A DNA stretch of 64,000 nucleotides from Eledone cirrhosa (lineage: Eukaryota), in contig OZ024750.1 of the NCBI GenBank assembly GCA_964016885.1, forward strand, positions 17,856,001-17,920,000, in the 5' to 3' direction. Positions 13,613 to 29,329 of this stretch are shown here, piece by piece. The position numbers and the translations under genes are program-made. The notes under the pieces are model-generated. The model was not told the origin of the DNA. It searched no databases and saw only the letters and a list, made by a program, of their open reading frames with translations. How positions within the stretch are numbered: position 1 is the stretch's first letter; the number at the start of each line of letters is the position of its first letter.

Positions 13613-14160
13613 TTAATATAGAAATGGCATCTACAGAACTATGCATGTATATTTATCGACATACACACACCTATATATGTATGTATGTGTGTGTATATAT
13701 ATATATATATACATACATATATATATGTATGTATATATATGTATATATATATAGGCATACACAAACAAACACGTGTGTGCGTGATTAAGTGTACATGTGC
13801 AATACGTATGTCTGTGCATGTGGTCAAAGCTTGAAGTTTATTACTAGAGGACTTAGTAAATAAAAAAAACTAAGCTTTGTCTGTCGTTGTCTCTATATAT
13901 CTCTGCCTCTCTCTTTCCTCCCCCCTACTGTATGTATCTACTCTCTCTCTCTCTCTCTCTGTATCTATCTATTTACTCCCTCTCTCTCTTTCTCTTACTT
14001 TATCTTTCTATCTACTCTCTCTTTCTCTCTCTTCTCATTCTTTCATTCTCAACAATGGAATACATTAATTAAATAAATAAATAAAGTTCACAACCAACAC
14101 TTGAAATTTGGCAGTTTTTTAAAATCATTTAGATACTTTGAATTGACCCGGCACCGCCAA

Positions 14161-14195
<35 letters not shown>

Positions 14196-14498
14196 TTACC
14201 ACTACTACTACTACTACCACTACTAGCAACATAGTACAAGCGTGCTCACAAACACACACATAAGAGTACATACAAAACAACCAACATCACTATCACTACT
14301 ACTACTACTTCCACAACCACTACCTCTCACCACCAGCATCCCCACCCCTACACATTAGCCCCGGGCTTATATATGCTTGAATGATTAAGTCAGTCAGTTT
14401 CAGTACGCCATTTAAACGCATCGCTTCCTCTACAGGAGGCAATGAAGAGTTTGATGGTTAAGGTCGCTTGGGATGGATATATAGCTAGATAGAGCGAT

Positions 14499-14566
<68 letters not shown>

Positions 14567-14774
14567 GGAAGCTATATAGGGTTGATGGATAGCTGCAACT
14601 AACTGGGTAGATAGGGTGGAGGGTAGAGGTAGATAGGGTGGAGGGTAGATATATAGCTAGATATAGGGATATATATATATATATATATATATATGTGGAA
14701 GCTATATAGGGTTGATGGATGGATAGCTGCGACTAACTGGATAGAAGGGAAGCTACGGTGGTGGGTAGAGAGAC

Positions 14775-15340
14775 AGACGGGTAAATAGGGTGGTGGTTAG
14801 CTAGATATGTAGGTAGGTAGATAGATGGATGGGTATTTGACGGGTAAATAGGGTGGTGCTTAGCTAGCTAGATAGGTAGGTAGGTAGATAGATGGATGGG
14901 TATTTGACGGGTAAATAGGGTGGTGGTTAGCTAGATAGGTAGGTAGGTAGATAGTAGGATGGGTATTTGACGGGTAAATAGGGTGGTGGTTAGCTAGATA
15001 GGTAGGTAGGTAGATAGATGGATGGGTATTTGACGGGTAAATAGGGTGGTGGTTAGCTAGATAGGTGGGTAGGTAGATAGATGGATGGGTATTTGACGGG
15101 TAAATAGGGTGGTGCTTAGCTAGCAATGTAGGTAGGTAGATAGATGGATGGGTATTTAACGGGTAAATAGGGTGGTGGTTAGCTAGATAGGTAGGTAGAT
15201 AGATGGATGGGTATTTGACGGGTAAATAGGGTGGTGCTTAGCTAGATAGGTAGGTAGGTAGATAGATGGATGGGTATTTAACGGGTAAATAGGGTGGTGG
15301 TTAGCTAGATAGGTAGGTAGATAGATGGATGGGTATTTAA
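14775..15340. repeat. Minisatellite, ~59-67 bp unit, ~9 copies
   Basis: gacgggtaaatagggtggtggttagctagataggtaggtaggtagatagatggatgggtattt. Confidence 0.9.
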
Positions 15341-15798
15341 GTTATACTACAACTGGTGGGGTGGATACTACAACTGGTGGGGTGGTTAAATGGATAGATA
15401 GGTAGCTAGATGGATATATAGATAGGTAGGTGGGTAGATGGATGAATAGATATGTAAGCTATATATAGGCTTGATAGATAGCTGCGACTAACTACTACAA
15501 CCTGTGGTGGTTACATAGATAGAAGGGTAGCTAGGATGGATGGATAGATAGAAGGGTAGCTAGGATGGATGGTTAGATAGATGGATATGTAAGTTATAGT
15601 AGTAAAACTGATGGTGGTGGTGGTGGTGGTGGTGGTGGTGGTTAAATAGATAGAAGGGTAGCTAGGGTGGTGGTTAGTTAGAAGGGTGGGAGAGTGGGTA
15701 GGTCTGGGAGTTGAGAGTAAAAGTGATGAGTTTCTTTTTTTTTCTGAGAGACTAAAAGCAACATGACCCAGACTGACTCGTATTTTGGCCTTAACTAC

Positions 15799-15841
<43 letters not shown>

Positions 15842-16031
15842 TGTGTGTTCTTTTATTCTTTAACTGTTTTCAGTCATTAGACCACGGCCATGCTGTGACA
15901 CCGCCTTGATTCTGTCAACCATATCGACCCCAATATATGTGTCTGGCACCTATACTATCGATCATTAATATGTGTGCGTGCGTGTATATATATATATGTA
16001 TATGTGCGTGCGTGTGTATATATATATATTT

Positions 16032-16197
16032 AATATAGAAATGGCTTCTACAGGACTAGAACTATATATCATTAGAAAGAAAATCATCGATGAAACAGTT
16101 CTAGTCCTGTAGAAGCCATTTCTATATTATATATTTATACTCTGCTATGTATTGAGTACCTTACTTACTGTGGTTACCTCCGATTGAACCCATGACT
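16032..16197 (+). mobile_element. Fold-back element with 3' half of a hammerhead and GTATTGAGTAC tail
   Basis: 32-bp inverted arms (16032-16063 / 16097-16128); GAA-ACAG-ttctagtc-CTGT-A gives stem III plus a GUA triplet; relatives at ~13350-13641(-), ~46610-46745(+), ~54320-54463. Confidence 0.7.
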
Positions 16198-16417
16198 CAC
16201 ACACACACATATCCATCGATATATTGTATATAGATAGGTGTTGACATATTATTATCAAAGCCACTGTATATGGCACCGAAAACTAGGTCATAGGATTAAA
16301 TTGTACCATCACGCATTCCTGTTGAATAAATATATGGTCGTGGCACCCTCACCACCCCCTCCAACAATAGCAGCATATGAAGACATTGTGAGTGGGAGGT
16401 GAAATGAGCCTGTGTTC

Positions 16418-16455
<38 letters not shown>

Positions 16456-16649
16456 ATAAATATATGTTTGTGTGTGTATATATATATATTTGTGTGTGTG
16501 TGTGTATATATATGTGTGTATAAATATATGTTTGTGTGTGTATATATATATATTTGTGTGTGTATGTATATATATATTTGTGTATATATATATATATGTG
16601 TGTGTGTGTCTGTATATGTATGTGTGTGTATATATGTGTATGTGTGTGT

Positions 16650-16689
<40 letters not shown>

Positions 16690-16906
16690 ATATGTGTGTG
16701 TGTATGTGTGTATACAGCAACCAATTCTTCTATTCAGTCACACCCCTTCCTCAGTTTTGGAGGGTGTATGGAACGGTTCAAGAGGTCTGTTGTATATATG
16801 TGTGTATATATATAGTAGTAGTTCCTTATTATATAGACTCGCTTGTAAACACCATACACACACATGTTGCACACATGCATTATAATTTATATAGCCCAGA
16901 CACATC

Positions 16907-16946
<40 letters not shown>

Positions 16947-17801
16947 GTATGTGTGTGTGTAATATTAATTTGCCGTTCCCTCCGTTCAGTCAGACAACTT
17001 AGCACCACCACCAGTAACACCACCACCACCACCACCACCGCCACCAGTAACACCATCACCACCAGTAACACCACCACCCCCACCACCAGTCACACCATCA
17101 CCAACAGTACCATCACAACCAGTAACGCCACCACCACACCAGTATCACCACCACCAGTACCACCACCAACAACAATCTTTCTCATCCGCCATTTTCCTCT
17201 CTCCTATCTTTCATTAACTATTGTTTGTTTACAAGTCAATATCCGGTCACCATGCTGGAAGCTTGCTCCCTCTCTCCCTCACACTTTCCCCCTCTCTCTG
17301 ACACTGACCTATCTCTCTACCACACTCCTCCCTCTCTAACACTGACCCTCTTACTCTCTGTTGTCTTCATAATCTTCCGTCACGTGTTAACACCACCACC
17401 ATATAATTTCATTTTTATCTTTTTTATTATTTTTATTGTTTTACTTTTATTTATTTATTTATTACATTTTTATATATATATTATCATTTTCCATTTGTTT
17501 TTTTCTTTCTTTCCCTCCATCATGAATCGCTAATATAATTTTCGAAATTTCCTACTTGCTAATCTGTCTGTCTGTCTGTCTGTCGGACACACTTTCTCTC
17601 TTTCTCTCTCTCTCTCCATTCTGTCTATTTATTAATGTTATATATATATATATATATATAAAGAGAAGGAGAGAGAGAGAGAGAGGGGTGTGTCTCTGTG
17701 TGTGTATATATATATATAAGAGAAAGAGAGAGAGCTCTGTGTATATATACATGCTGATGTGTGTATACATTTTTGGGACACCCTATATTATATTATATAT
17801 A

Positions 17802-17994
17802 GAGGGCGGGGGATTGGCAGTATCGGAAGAGGGTCGAACGCGATGCTTTGACGCAAAGAGTTACGGCCCTTGGCATTCTGAGTTCAAATCCCGCCGAGGT
17901 TAACTTTGCCTTTCATCCTTACGGGGTCGATAAAATAAAGTACCAGTAATACACTGGGTAATTTGCTGGCCTTGTGCCAAAAGTAGAAACAATT
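17802..17994 (+). mobile_element. tRNA-derived SINE family A
   Basis: As above. Further or partial copies at 23047-23226, 26830-26980, 28015-28075(-), 32394-32487, 37650-37780, 38097-38285(-), 46355-46447, 48288-48365(-), 60950-61165. Confidence 0.9.
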
Positions 17995-18261
17995 ATATAT
18001 ATGGTAAGCAGGATATAAACATACGTACGTGTGCATCCACACGTACATTTATTTATTATCACTATTTCTATTATTAGAAAGTAGATTGTTTAATCTGAAT
18101 TTCACTGCCAAGCTGCTTCTTCGGTCGTGTGAATAACCGGTAACGTGAAATTTAATATTATCGATTCAGGAGGTTTTGATCTTAAAAAATGATATATAAA
18201 CTCCATTCTAAGTATTTACTACATTTTCTAAGTTTGTAAACACAAACGTTCACGAACCCAT

Positions 18262-18334
<73 letters not shown>

Positions 18335-18422
18335 GGAAAAATTTGAACAGGAACAAAACAGAGAGGCAGTACAACGAATGTTTATTAATTTCACGCTCTG
18401 GAGAGTGGGGTGGTGGTGGGGA

Positions 18423-18454
18423 ACGACGTTTCGGGCATAAGCCCTTCCTCGGGT
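18423..18454 (-). ncRNA. Degenerate minimal hammerhead-like motif
   Basis: Minus: ac CCGAGGA a gggc-ttat-gccc GAAAC GTC gt, with AATAAA downstream; core U4>C and only a 2-bp stem I. Confidence 0.45.
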
Positions 18455-18647
18455 GAGAAGTGTGTGGGAACAGAGTTCAAAGGGTGTGTAGGGGAGTGGT
18501 GGAGAGACATATAGCGAAAGGAAACGGTGCGAATGAAATTAAAAATAAAAATAAAAATAAAGCATGATCAAGGAAATAAATATATATATATATATATATA
18601 TACTGACGAAATATAAGTCAATTGCATGAACTCATAATCCTTTATTT

Positions 18648-18703
18648 ACTGCTATATATATTTCGATGATAGCCATTAAATGGCTATGACCTCATCAGGC
18701 AGT
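18648..18703 (-). ncRNA. Minimal type-I hammerhead ribozyme, intact core
   Basis: Minus: actgc CTGATGA ggtcatagcca-tttaa-tggctatcatc GAAA T-ATAT-A TA gcagt aaataaa; perfect 5-bp stem I, long stem II, AUA triplet, AATAAA immediately after. Confidence 0.85.
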
Positions 18704-18786
18704 TAGTCAGTTCTTAGATATGCCAGCTCTGTGTTTATAGTGTTGATGGTATCAGAGCCTTGGGACATATGTATATATATATATAC

Positions 18787-18817
<31 letters not shown>

Positions 18818-18982
18818 ACCAAAGATTAATATGGTTCGTTGATTATTCAACGAATACAATTTTACAATATATAGAAGCACTCAACAGTAGATTTTCCTGG
18901 AATATTTAATATTATTCTAAATATTAATAAATGAAAAATACTTTGATTATAAGAATATTTTTCATTTACTAATACTTTGAAA

Positions 18983-19039
<57 letters not shown>

Positions 19040-19190
19040 GGTGAGGGGGTAAAATCCTGTCCGTGGTGCTAAGCGGTTCCGGCTTGGTGCTGTGACTGCA
19101 TTTTACCTATCTCTATACCCACTCTGTATCTCACCATGTATTGAGTACTCCCATGACAAGTGGGTTCCCCGGTCTCAGCACTGTAGACTC

Positions 19191-19272
<82 letters not shown>

Positions 19273-19275
<3 letters not shown>

Positions 19276-19461
19276 CGAAGGAGTTGTGGTAAGGAACCAG
19301 ATGGACCATAACGCACTAAAGTACTCAATACTTAGGGTAGTAGAGTGGGTGATAGGAACGAGTAGGAACCGACGGCGGAGCTCAAGCCGTTTCGACGGCT
19401 AATTCAGAATTAGCCGTCGAAACGGCTTGATCTCAGCCGTCGGGGTCCTACTCGTTCCTAT
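19273..19461 (-). mobile_element. Fold-back element (palindrome 19352-19461) with hammerhead 3' half, within (TA)n
   Basis: GAA-ACGGCT-tga(g/t)ctc-AGCCGT-C gives stem III plus GUC; tail contains gtattgagtac; same family at 47107-47322(+) and 56245-56395(-). Confidence 0.75.
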
Positions 19462-19781
19462 ATATATATATATAGAAACGGAAAAAAAAAAAAAATATAT
19501 ATATATGGATATATAGATAGATATAGATAGATATGTGTGTGTGTGTGTGTATATATATAATATATGTACATTGATATATGGATATGTATATATATGTATG
19601 TATATGTGTGTATATATATATACATGTGTGTATGTATGTATATGTTGTCAGTATTCCCTCTTCCATCTCAAATCCTATATATATAGCCCTGTTCCATACC
19701 TAAGGTTGTTATTCAGGTTGAGATAACATGGCAATTGGAGGGGGTTTATTATTAATATAATAGTTCATCTGTAATTCTGTG

Positions 19782-21751
<1,970 letters not shown>

Positions 21752-21951
21752 NNNNNNNNNNNNNNNNNNNNNNNNNNNNNNNNNNNNNNNNNNNNNNNNN
21801 NNNNNNNNNNNNNNNNNNNNNNNNNNNNNNNNNNNNNNNNNNNNNNNNNNNNNNNNNNNNNNNNNNNNNNNNNNNNNNNNNNNNNNNNNNNNNNNNNNNN
21901 NNNNNNNNNNNNNNNNNNNNNNNNNNNNNNNNNNNNNNNNNNNNNNNNNNN
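21752..21951. other. Assembly gap (200 N)
   Basis: Run of n. Confidence 1.
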
Positions 21952-24308
21952 AGATGGATATATATACACACACACACAGATAGATATACACATACACACA
22001 CATACACACACACAGATAGATATACACATACACACACACACACACACAGATAGATATACACATACACACACACACAAACACACAGATAGATATACACATA
22101 CACACAAACAGAGAGATAGATATATTTTCAAATTCAAATGTTATTTACACAATGTAAATAATCTTCTCCACCCCAAGCTCAATTTCCTTTTACACCTGTC
22201 CATAATAAACAATACAGTCCTATAGTGCCACACCTGTAAACAGTGTTGTCCTGTAGTGTGACACCTATAAACTCAGTTATAGTGACTTCAACTGGAGGTA
22301 AAACTGAAATTTGATAGTCTACAGAGAAATAAATAGAAAAGACACTTGCTTACATGTGTCAGTGTTCTATATAAACAAGATTTTTCTGTCTATAAGGGGT
22401 ACTTTAACTGATTTTCTGAGCTATTCTTTATAGCAGAGGTTCTGAAAGTGTGCGCTACTACCCCTGGGGCGTTGAGAAGGTCCAAGAGAGCACTGGGGGG
22501 GGGGGGGTAGAGATGATATGATAGTATATTAGATATCAAATGATACATATTATATATAAATATCTTGGTTGTCCATCATAAACAATGATGACATCTTTAT
22601 TTTAGTTCCCATCTGCCATGGGCACCACGAAGGTGGCTGTAGAGGCCAAACCTTGACTTGCAGGTCTGGGGACAGTGGGGGCAGGGGAAGAGACCGGAGT
22701 CGCTTGGGGCAAATATAGTAAAATAAAAAATACATAATATTTATTTATACATAGTATATATTATATTATTTATTATATATAAGTTAACGATTTTATTTAT
22801 TATTTACAATTTGCATGTAGGCAGGTCTTTCTGGAAACAGGATTTGGGGGGACACTAAGGGTATTATGTGGCCATGAGAGGGATGGTGGACAAAAACGTT
22901 TGAGAACCTCTGGTTTATAGCAATCGACTGTGGCTACAGTTATTTTCTGCATTTGAAATTCCTACATCTTCTAAGAATATATCAGCATATTTATTTACAC
23001 AATTACACAGATATAGTTAAATGTTATGTTTCTGTGCAGATATGTATTGGATTGGCAGTATCGGTAGAGGGTCTGACATCATGCTTTACAGCAAAGAGTT
23101 ACGGCCCTTTATGGTCTGAGTTCAAGTCCCGCCGAGGTTAACTTTGCCTCTCATCCTTACGGGGTCGATAAAATAAAGTACCAGTAATACACTGGGATAA
23201 TTGCTGGCAAAAGTAGAAACAATTGTATATCTCATTTTGAATTAGTTATCAGTGTAAACACTACTGATATGCAAATTGAAATCTCCAGTCAGCTAATACT
23301 ACCATATTCGTTTACTATTTCTCAGTGGACATAGAAAGGTGTACACAATCTCTGAAAGTGGCTCCAACAAGAGTTGAAACTGGAGCCTGAGTGTTCACTG
23401 TGCTTCGTAGAAACAACATGTCTACAAATGTTAGTGTATATATTTACACATTTAGATAGCTTTATAGTTAAATGGTGTATACATATCTGTTTGTATACAG
23501 ATATGTATACAGTATTGATGTTAACTGAAAACAAACAGAGGCCCTGCATGGAACAAACTACCTGCATCAGTTGTTAGCTGTTGGGACACTGCATCCTTCA
23601 AAACTTCTATGCTTCCAGAAATTCACCTACTCTACACCTGATATTCTGCTTCTGTATGTACACATGCATGTATCTGTGTGTATATCATGACTTATACACT
23701 GTTCACTCTCCTGACATTTGAACATTGTTCTATGTACTATACATGCACCTTTGATGAATTGTAGTGCACCTAAGCACTGTACACCTGATATTCTGCCTCC
23801 ATACACACACACACACACGTATGTATCTGTGTGTATATCATGACTCATACATTGTTCTCTCTCCTGACATTTATACATTATTCTATGTGTACTATACATG
23901 CACCTTTGATGAATTGTATTGCACCTGAGCATTGTACACAATAGTTTTCATTATTATAAAGGGTGAGAGAGAAAACAAAAACAGGAAGGAGAGTTGAACC
24001 ATAACCAACAAGTACACACAAGTAGCAGTGGTGGATACAAATATACAAAAGAGAAAAAGGAAACATTGGTAGCCATCAAAGGTGACCCACTTGAAATGTT
24101 TCCAATTTATTGGTGCCAGGTTGTTTTGTAAACAGAAACAAAGAAAAACATATCTACACCTTGTTAGACCAGTCAGACAGACACTAATGAATGATGTCAT
24201 TTATTTTAATGCAAAAATGACTCATCATCAGCCCCCCCCCCCTCATCCATCCCTGCCCAACCATCAACACCACCACCATCACCTACCTCAACCATAAGCA
24301 CCACCACT
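21952..24308 (+). repeat. Second copy of 3558-5918 (includes hAT MITE copy 22434-22912)
   Basis: Starts exactly at the gap edge; near-identical. Confidence 0.95.
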
Positions 24309-27300
24309 CCTCATCCCAACCCTCCATCATCATGCCCATCAAATCTACTATTACCACCACCACCACCACCACCATACCCATCACCACTACCATCATACCC
24401 ATCACTACCATCATACCATTACCACCACCATCACCACCCCACCATCATCATCATCATCATCTCCATCACCACTACTATTACCCCCCTCCATCACCACTAC
24501 CATCATACCCATCACTACCATCATACCATTACCACCACCATCATCATCCCCATCACCACTACTATTACCCCCACCCTCACCCCATCACCACTACCATCAT
24601 ACCCATCACTACCACCATACCATTATCACCCCATCACTACCCCACCATCATCATCCCCCATCACCACTACTACCACCATCCCCATCACCACTACTACCAC
24701 CATCCCTATCACCAATACCATCATATCCATCACCACCACCACCATCTTACCATTACCACCACCACCACCACCACCATCCCTATCACCAATACCATCATAT
24801 CCATCACCACCACCATCTTACCCATCACCACCCTCATTATCACCATCATTACTGTTTTTATGTCTGTTTTTACATGCTAGCATGTGTTTGAGGAGACTTT
24901 AAGGCTGGATGCCCTACAGGTCACCAACCTTTACCCGCTTCTTTAAGTAAGATACTCATTCCACTGATCTTCAGCATTTAAACTGCTGAGCTACAAAACA
25001 TTGTTTATGCAGGACCTAAACAGATTGCTTTTGGCAGGATCTGAATTAAGGACATGAAGCTAAAGAGCAGTTCATTAATAATATAAAATGATATAAGTAC
25101 ACTACCAAAATAATCATATGCCTCCTTGCCTTGCTGTCTTCTTGTCTCCAAATTGGTTTATTGCCAAGAAATACCAGTATTTCCAATAAACTAGCAGTGA
25201 TATTATCAACTGGTCCCTATCTTGTCAGGAAAGAGACATTATTATCCTCTGGGTCATCAGATTTTAGCAGATAATCCATATAATTAATTTAAGTCAATCA
25301 AGTAGACATTGGTTTAATGCCATGTCCATTCCCAGACTAATTGAATGTAATGAAGACCATTAGAAAGTCTAATCCATATTGATTCTTGTCTATTGTGTTT
25401 TTGTCAGTCTTTGGCTTTCAATCACTATATTAAGAATTATCCATGGATTCACTTGGATTAAACAGAGGTAAACAGAGTGAAAATTCCCTGATAAATCCAA
25501 AAGAATATAAAGAAAATGTAACAATAAAAAAGAATATGTATCATTTAGCCTAGCCTTTACACCCACTTCTTCTACATTACTTCCTCTCTCTCCAACATCA
25601 CTCTCTCTTTCTCTCTCTGATTTTTTACTCGCCCTCTTTCCAACTTCACTCCTTCTCCCTTACATTATGCCCCCCTCTATTTTTTCTTACATCACTTCCT
25701 CTCCAACAATACTCCCACTCTTTTTAACACCACTTCCTCTCTCCAACATCACTCCTTCCTCCTACATTACTGTATCTCTCTTACCTCCCTCTCTCTCTCC
25801 CTTACCATCTCATCCGGCTGCTTTACCGCCACCAAACCACAGTCATTATACAACTCTGTCCCCTCTTAATCCCACCCCCTATTCTCACTCTTGCCTTGGT
25901 AATGTTGATTCTACTATAAAATGTACTCAATACATTCAGTGACGTAGTTGGCATTCAGCTGGTGAGAACAGAGTAGGGAGAACTCTTTAGTTGTGTCATG
26001 GCTGGCATTAGGAAGGGCATCCAGCTACAGAAACTGTGCCAAAAATGGATGTTTTGAATGAAATGTGATACTGCAGATTTAGGAGGTTTGTGGCTTCTAT
26101 GGCTGTATGCCATTCCTAACATCAACCACCTTATAGCATGTACTAGCTGTGTTTTTTCATGGCACCTGCCCTACCACTTTACAGAGTTGACTGGGTGCAT
26201 TTTATTGTGACACCAGCACTAGCACTTTACAGAGTAGACTGGGTGCATTTTATCGTGACACCAGCTCCAGAAAGGTTGCCACATGATCTTTCAGACTGAA
26301 GAATCCTCTTAAACTTGAGGATAATAATTAGTATGATTAATAATATATGCCATCTGAAATTACCCAACTATTTGAAAACATTAAATAATCTCACTAGAAA
26401 GCAAAGCAGAGGATTTTCTTTCTAACATTTATTTCTACAGATGTTTGGCATGGCTAGATTTTGGCAGAAAATATTAATATAATCAACATGGATCACTAAC
26501 ACTTTGGAGACCAAACCATCCATGGTTCTATGATACAAAATTTTATATTTATCTAAAAACCTTCCATCATTTTATAACCTTTGTTATGTTTCAAACACCA
26601 GCTTAATAATGAGAAAGTTAGTAATTAAATCTCTCCAAATACTTGATTATTTTCAAAATTATTTGAAAGACCCAGGCAGTGTCTTTGATTAGAAATATGG
26701 TAACAAAAAGATTAATTAAAGTGTTTATATTATCTAAAAACCTTCTATCATAATTTTATGCAAGAACCTATATTAAGTTATGTTTCAAATTCCAACTTAA
26801 TAATGAGAAAGTTAGTTATATTATTAAATCCCCCTGAGTTCAAATCCTACCGAGGTTAGCTTTGCCTTTCATCCTTACAGAGTTGATAAAAAAAAGCACC
26901 AGTAACACACTGGGGTCGATTTAATCGACTTTCTCCTCCCCAAAAATTGTTAGATTTGTGCATAAATCAGAAACCATTATTAAATCCCTCCAAACTTTTC
27001 GTTATTTTCAAAATTATTTGAAAACCATAGACAATGTCTTCAATTTGAAACATGGTAATGAAATAGTTATTAACTTTTTCTTTTTTCTCTTCTTTCTATT
27101 TTTATAGCTGTCTTCTAACATGTCAGTGTCAACTGTGAAATGTGACAGAAACCTATCTTACAGTAAAACCAATCCAACAAAGGAATGTTATGTAAAGAAA
27201 GTACAAGATAATATCCACCAGGGAGATTGATATCATCATTGGTTCAGGTGACAAGGGCAAAAGTTCAACCAGAGAGAGAATAATCTAGAAAATTACTGTA

Positions 27301-27440
27301 ACAACCAGCAAACACCTTGGATCAAATTACTGTCAAGTATCTATGAAGATACAGCAAATATATTTTGTACTGTAAAGTAAAATAATCAATAATCAAGTTC
27401 CCACAACTAGTGCAGCCAATCTTGTATCATCTTTAAAAAA

Positions 27441-27820
27441 ATCATCATTTTACGTTCGCTTTTCCCTGCTTGCAAGGGTGGGACGGGAACTGATTCTGGC
27501 TTGATTTCTACAGCTGGATGCCCTTCCTAACACCAACCTCATTTACAGTGAGTGCTGGGTGCTTTTTTGCCGTGGCACCTCCACGACCACTTTGCAGTGA
27601 GTGCTGGGTGCTTTTTTGCCGTGGCACCTCCACGACCACTTTGCAGTGGAATGATAGGGACCCCAGTCCCTATAATCTCATTTCTACAGCTGAGTAAACT
27701 GGAGCAATGTGAAATAAAGCCTCTTGCTCAGGGAAACAACACATCACCCGGTCTGAGTACTGAACTCACAACCTTTCGATTGCAAGGCCAATGCTCTAAC
27801 CACTAAGCCATGTGCCTCCA
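27441..27820 (-). mobile_element. Full-length tRNA-derived SINE family B
   Basis: Minus: ggaggcacatggcttagtggttagagc (A-box) ... gtgagttcagtactc (B-box-like), body, ggttggtgttaggaagggcatccagc core, tail; internal ~49-bp tandem duplication. Confidence 0.85.
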
Positions 27821-28299
27821 TTGTATATGTGTATATATACAGTGTATCCCCGGTTATTCCTGGTCCTGGCATTCACCGTCCCTTTTTAACCTAACTAATA
27901 ATTGTTCATGAAAACCACTGCATATTTGCGGATTCATAAATATCTCCCACATTTTTTTTAATGGCATTTTCTGTGGCAATATATATTTTTTCATGCTTTT
28001 TAACGCTAAATTATTAATAACTGTTTCTACTTTAGGCACAAGGCCAGCAATTACCCAGTGCATTACTGGTACTTTTAATAACAATATACCGTATTTGCCA
28101 GCCTATAATTTATGCTGTGTTTTGACATTTATAGGCATTTTTATGGACCACGTACAATATTCGTAGTTTTTCACTGTTCGCAGGTGCTCTAGAAATGTAA
28201 CCCCCGCAAATAACAGGGGACAACTGCATATATACGTCACGCAGTAATACAGAGTACCCGACCTCCCATGGGTACAAGCTGAAGCATATAGACAATATG

Positions 28300-28582
28300 C
28301 CCCCACACCGCAAGGTGGTCGTGGAGGTGCCACGGCAAAAAAGCACCCAGCCCACACTGTAAAGTGGACGTGTAGGCGCCACGGCAAAAAAAGCACCCAG
28401 CACTCACTGTAAATGAGGTTGGTGTTAGGAAGGGCATCCAGTTGTAGAAATCAAGCCAGATCAGTTCCTGTATGAGCAAGGCATGGTCAGCCGACCAGAC
28501 ACTGCCCACAACAGGACAACCCGTCTAACCCATGCTAGCGTGGAAGAACGGACGTAAAACGGTGATGATGATGATGATGATA
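28300..28582 (+). mobile_element. SINE family B (3' part)
   Basis: Core and (GAT)n tail; inverted relative to the 27441-27820 copy. Confidence 0.85.
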
Positions 28583-28810
28583 TAGGGAATGGGCGAAGAC
28601 TTCAAGAACATCATCTTTGTCCGTTCCCTTGTCGTTTTGATTTGGATTGCCTTGACAACGTAACCTTATTATGTAAGAATCTGTCTGATGAGATCAAGGC
28701 TCTGGTCAGGCGGAATCACGTGGCCACTGTCGTAATTGAAATATGTATCCCAGTCTTATCAATAAAGGACTTTAACATCTGAAGCTACTTCGTATTTTCT
28801 TATTCCACAT
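28583..28810 (+). mobile_element. ~230-bp hammerhead-bearing element (hammerhead 28681-28757)
   Basis: ctgt CTGATGA gat...att GAAA T-ATGT-A TC ccag, then aataaaggac; homologous to ~37850-38060 and ~54885-55080. Confidence 0.65.
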
Positions 28811-29329
28811 ATATATATATATATCGTCCCACTACCCTCACCCCATCCACACCGCCCCTTTCAATGTAAAGTTATGTTGGTACCACAACATCCAGGCCGA
28901 AACAAATGAGGTTGTGTAGGTGTCACGACAAAAAAAACACAGTCCACGCTGTAATGTGGCCGTGTAGGTAACACGATAAAAACCTCCCAGTCCACACTGT
29001 AAATGTGGTTGGTGTTAGGAAGGGAATCCAGCCATAGAAAACCCGCCAGACAGTCCTATGCGAGCAAGACAACCACTCTTGCCTCAAGTGGGAAAATTCC
29101 CGTCCAAACCCATGTAAGCGTGGAAGGTGGACGTTAAACGATGATGATGATGATGATATATATATATATATATATGTATACATGTATAAAATCAAAGGTA
29201 TGTATATTTCCCCAGGTGTGTATATATCCCCACAATATAGGTTTTTATAGACAATAGACACATGAGAATATTTTCCCCAGTAATGTTACCATCATCATTT
29301 ATCCAACTGCTATCACCATCATCATCACC

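Noticed and set aside
16385-16416. LISPP peptide resembling RCAN FLISPP
   Set aside because: Lacks xSPPxGW and directly abuts a microsatellite with no splice context.
18085-18130. Hammerhead-like CCGAAGA...GAAA on the minus strand
   Set aside because: Stems I and II do not pair convincingly.
27755-27820. tRNA gene-like A/B boxes
   Set aside because: Continuous with the SINE body and no complete cloverleaf; it is a SINE head.
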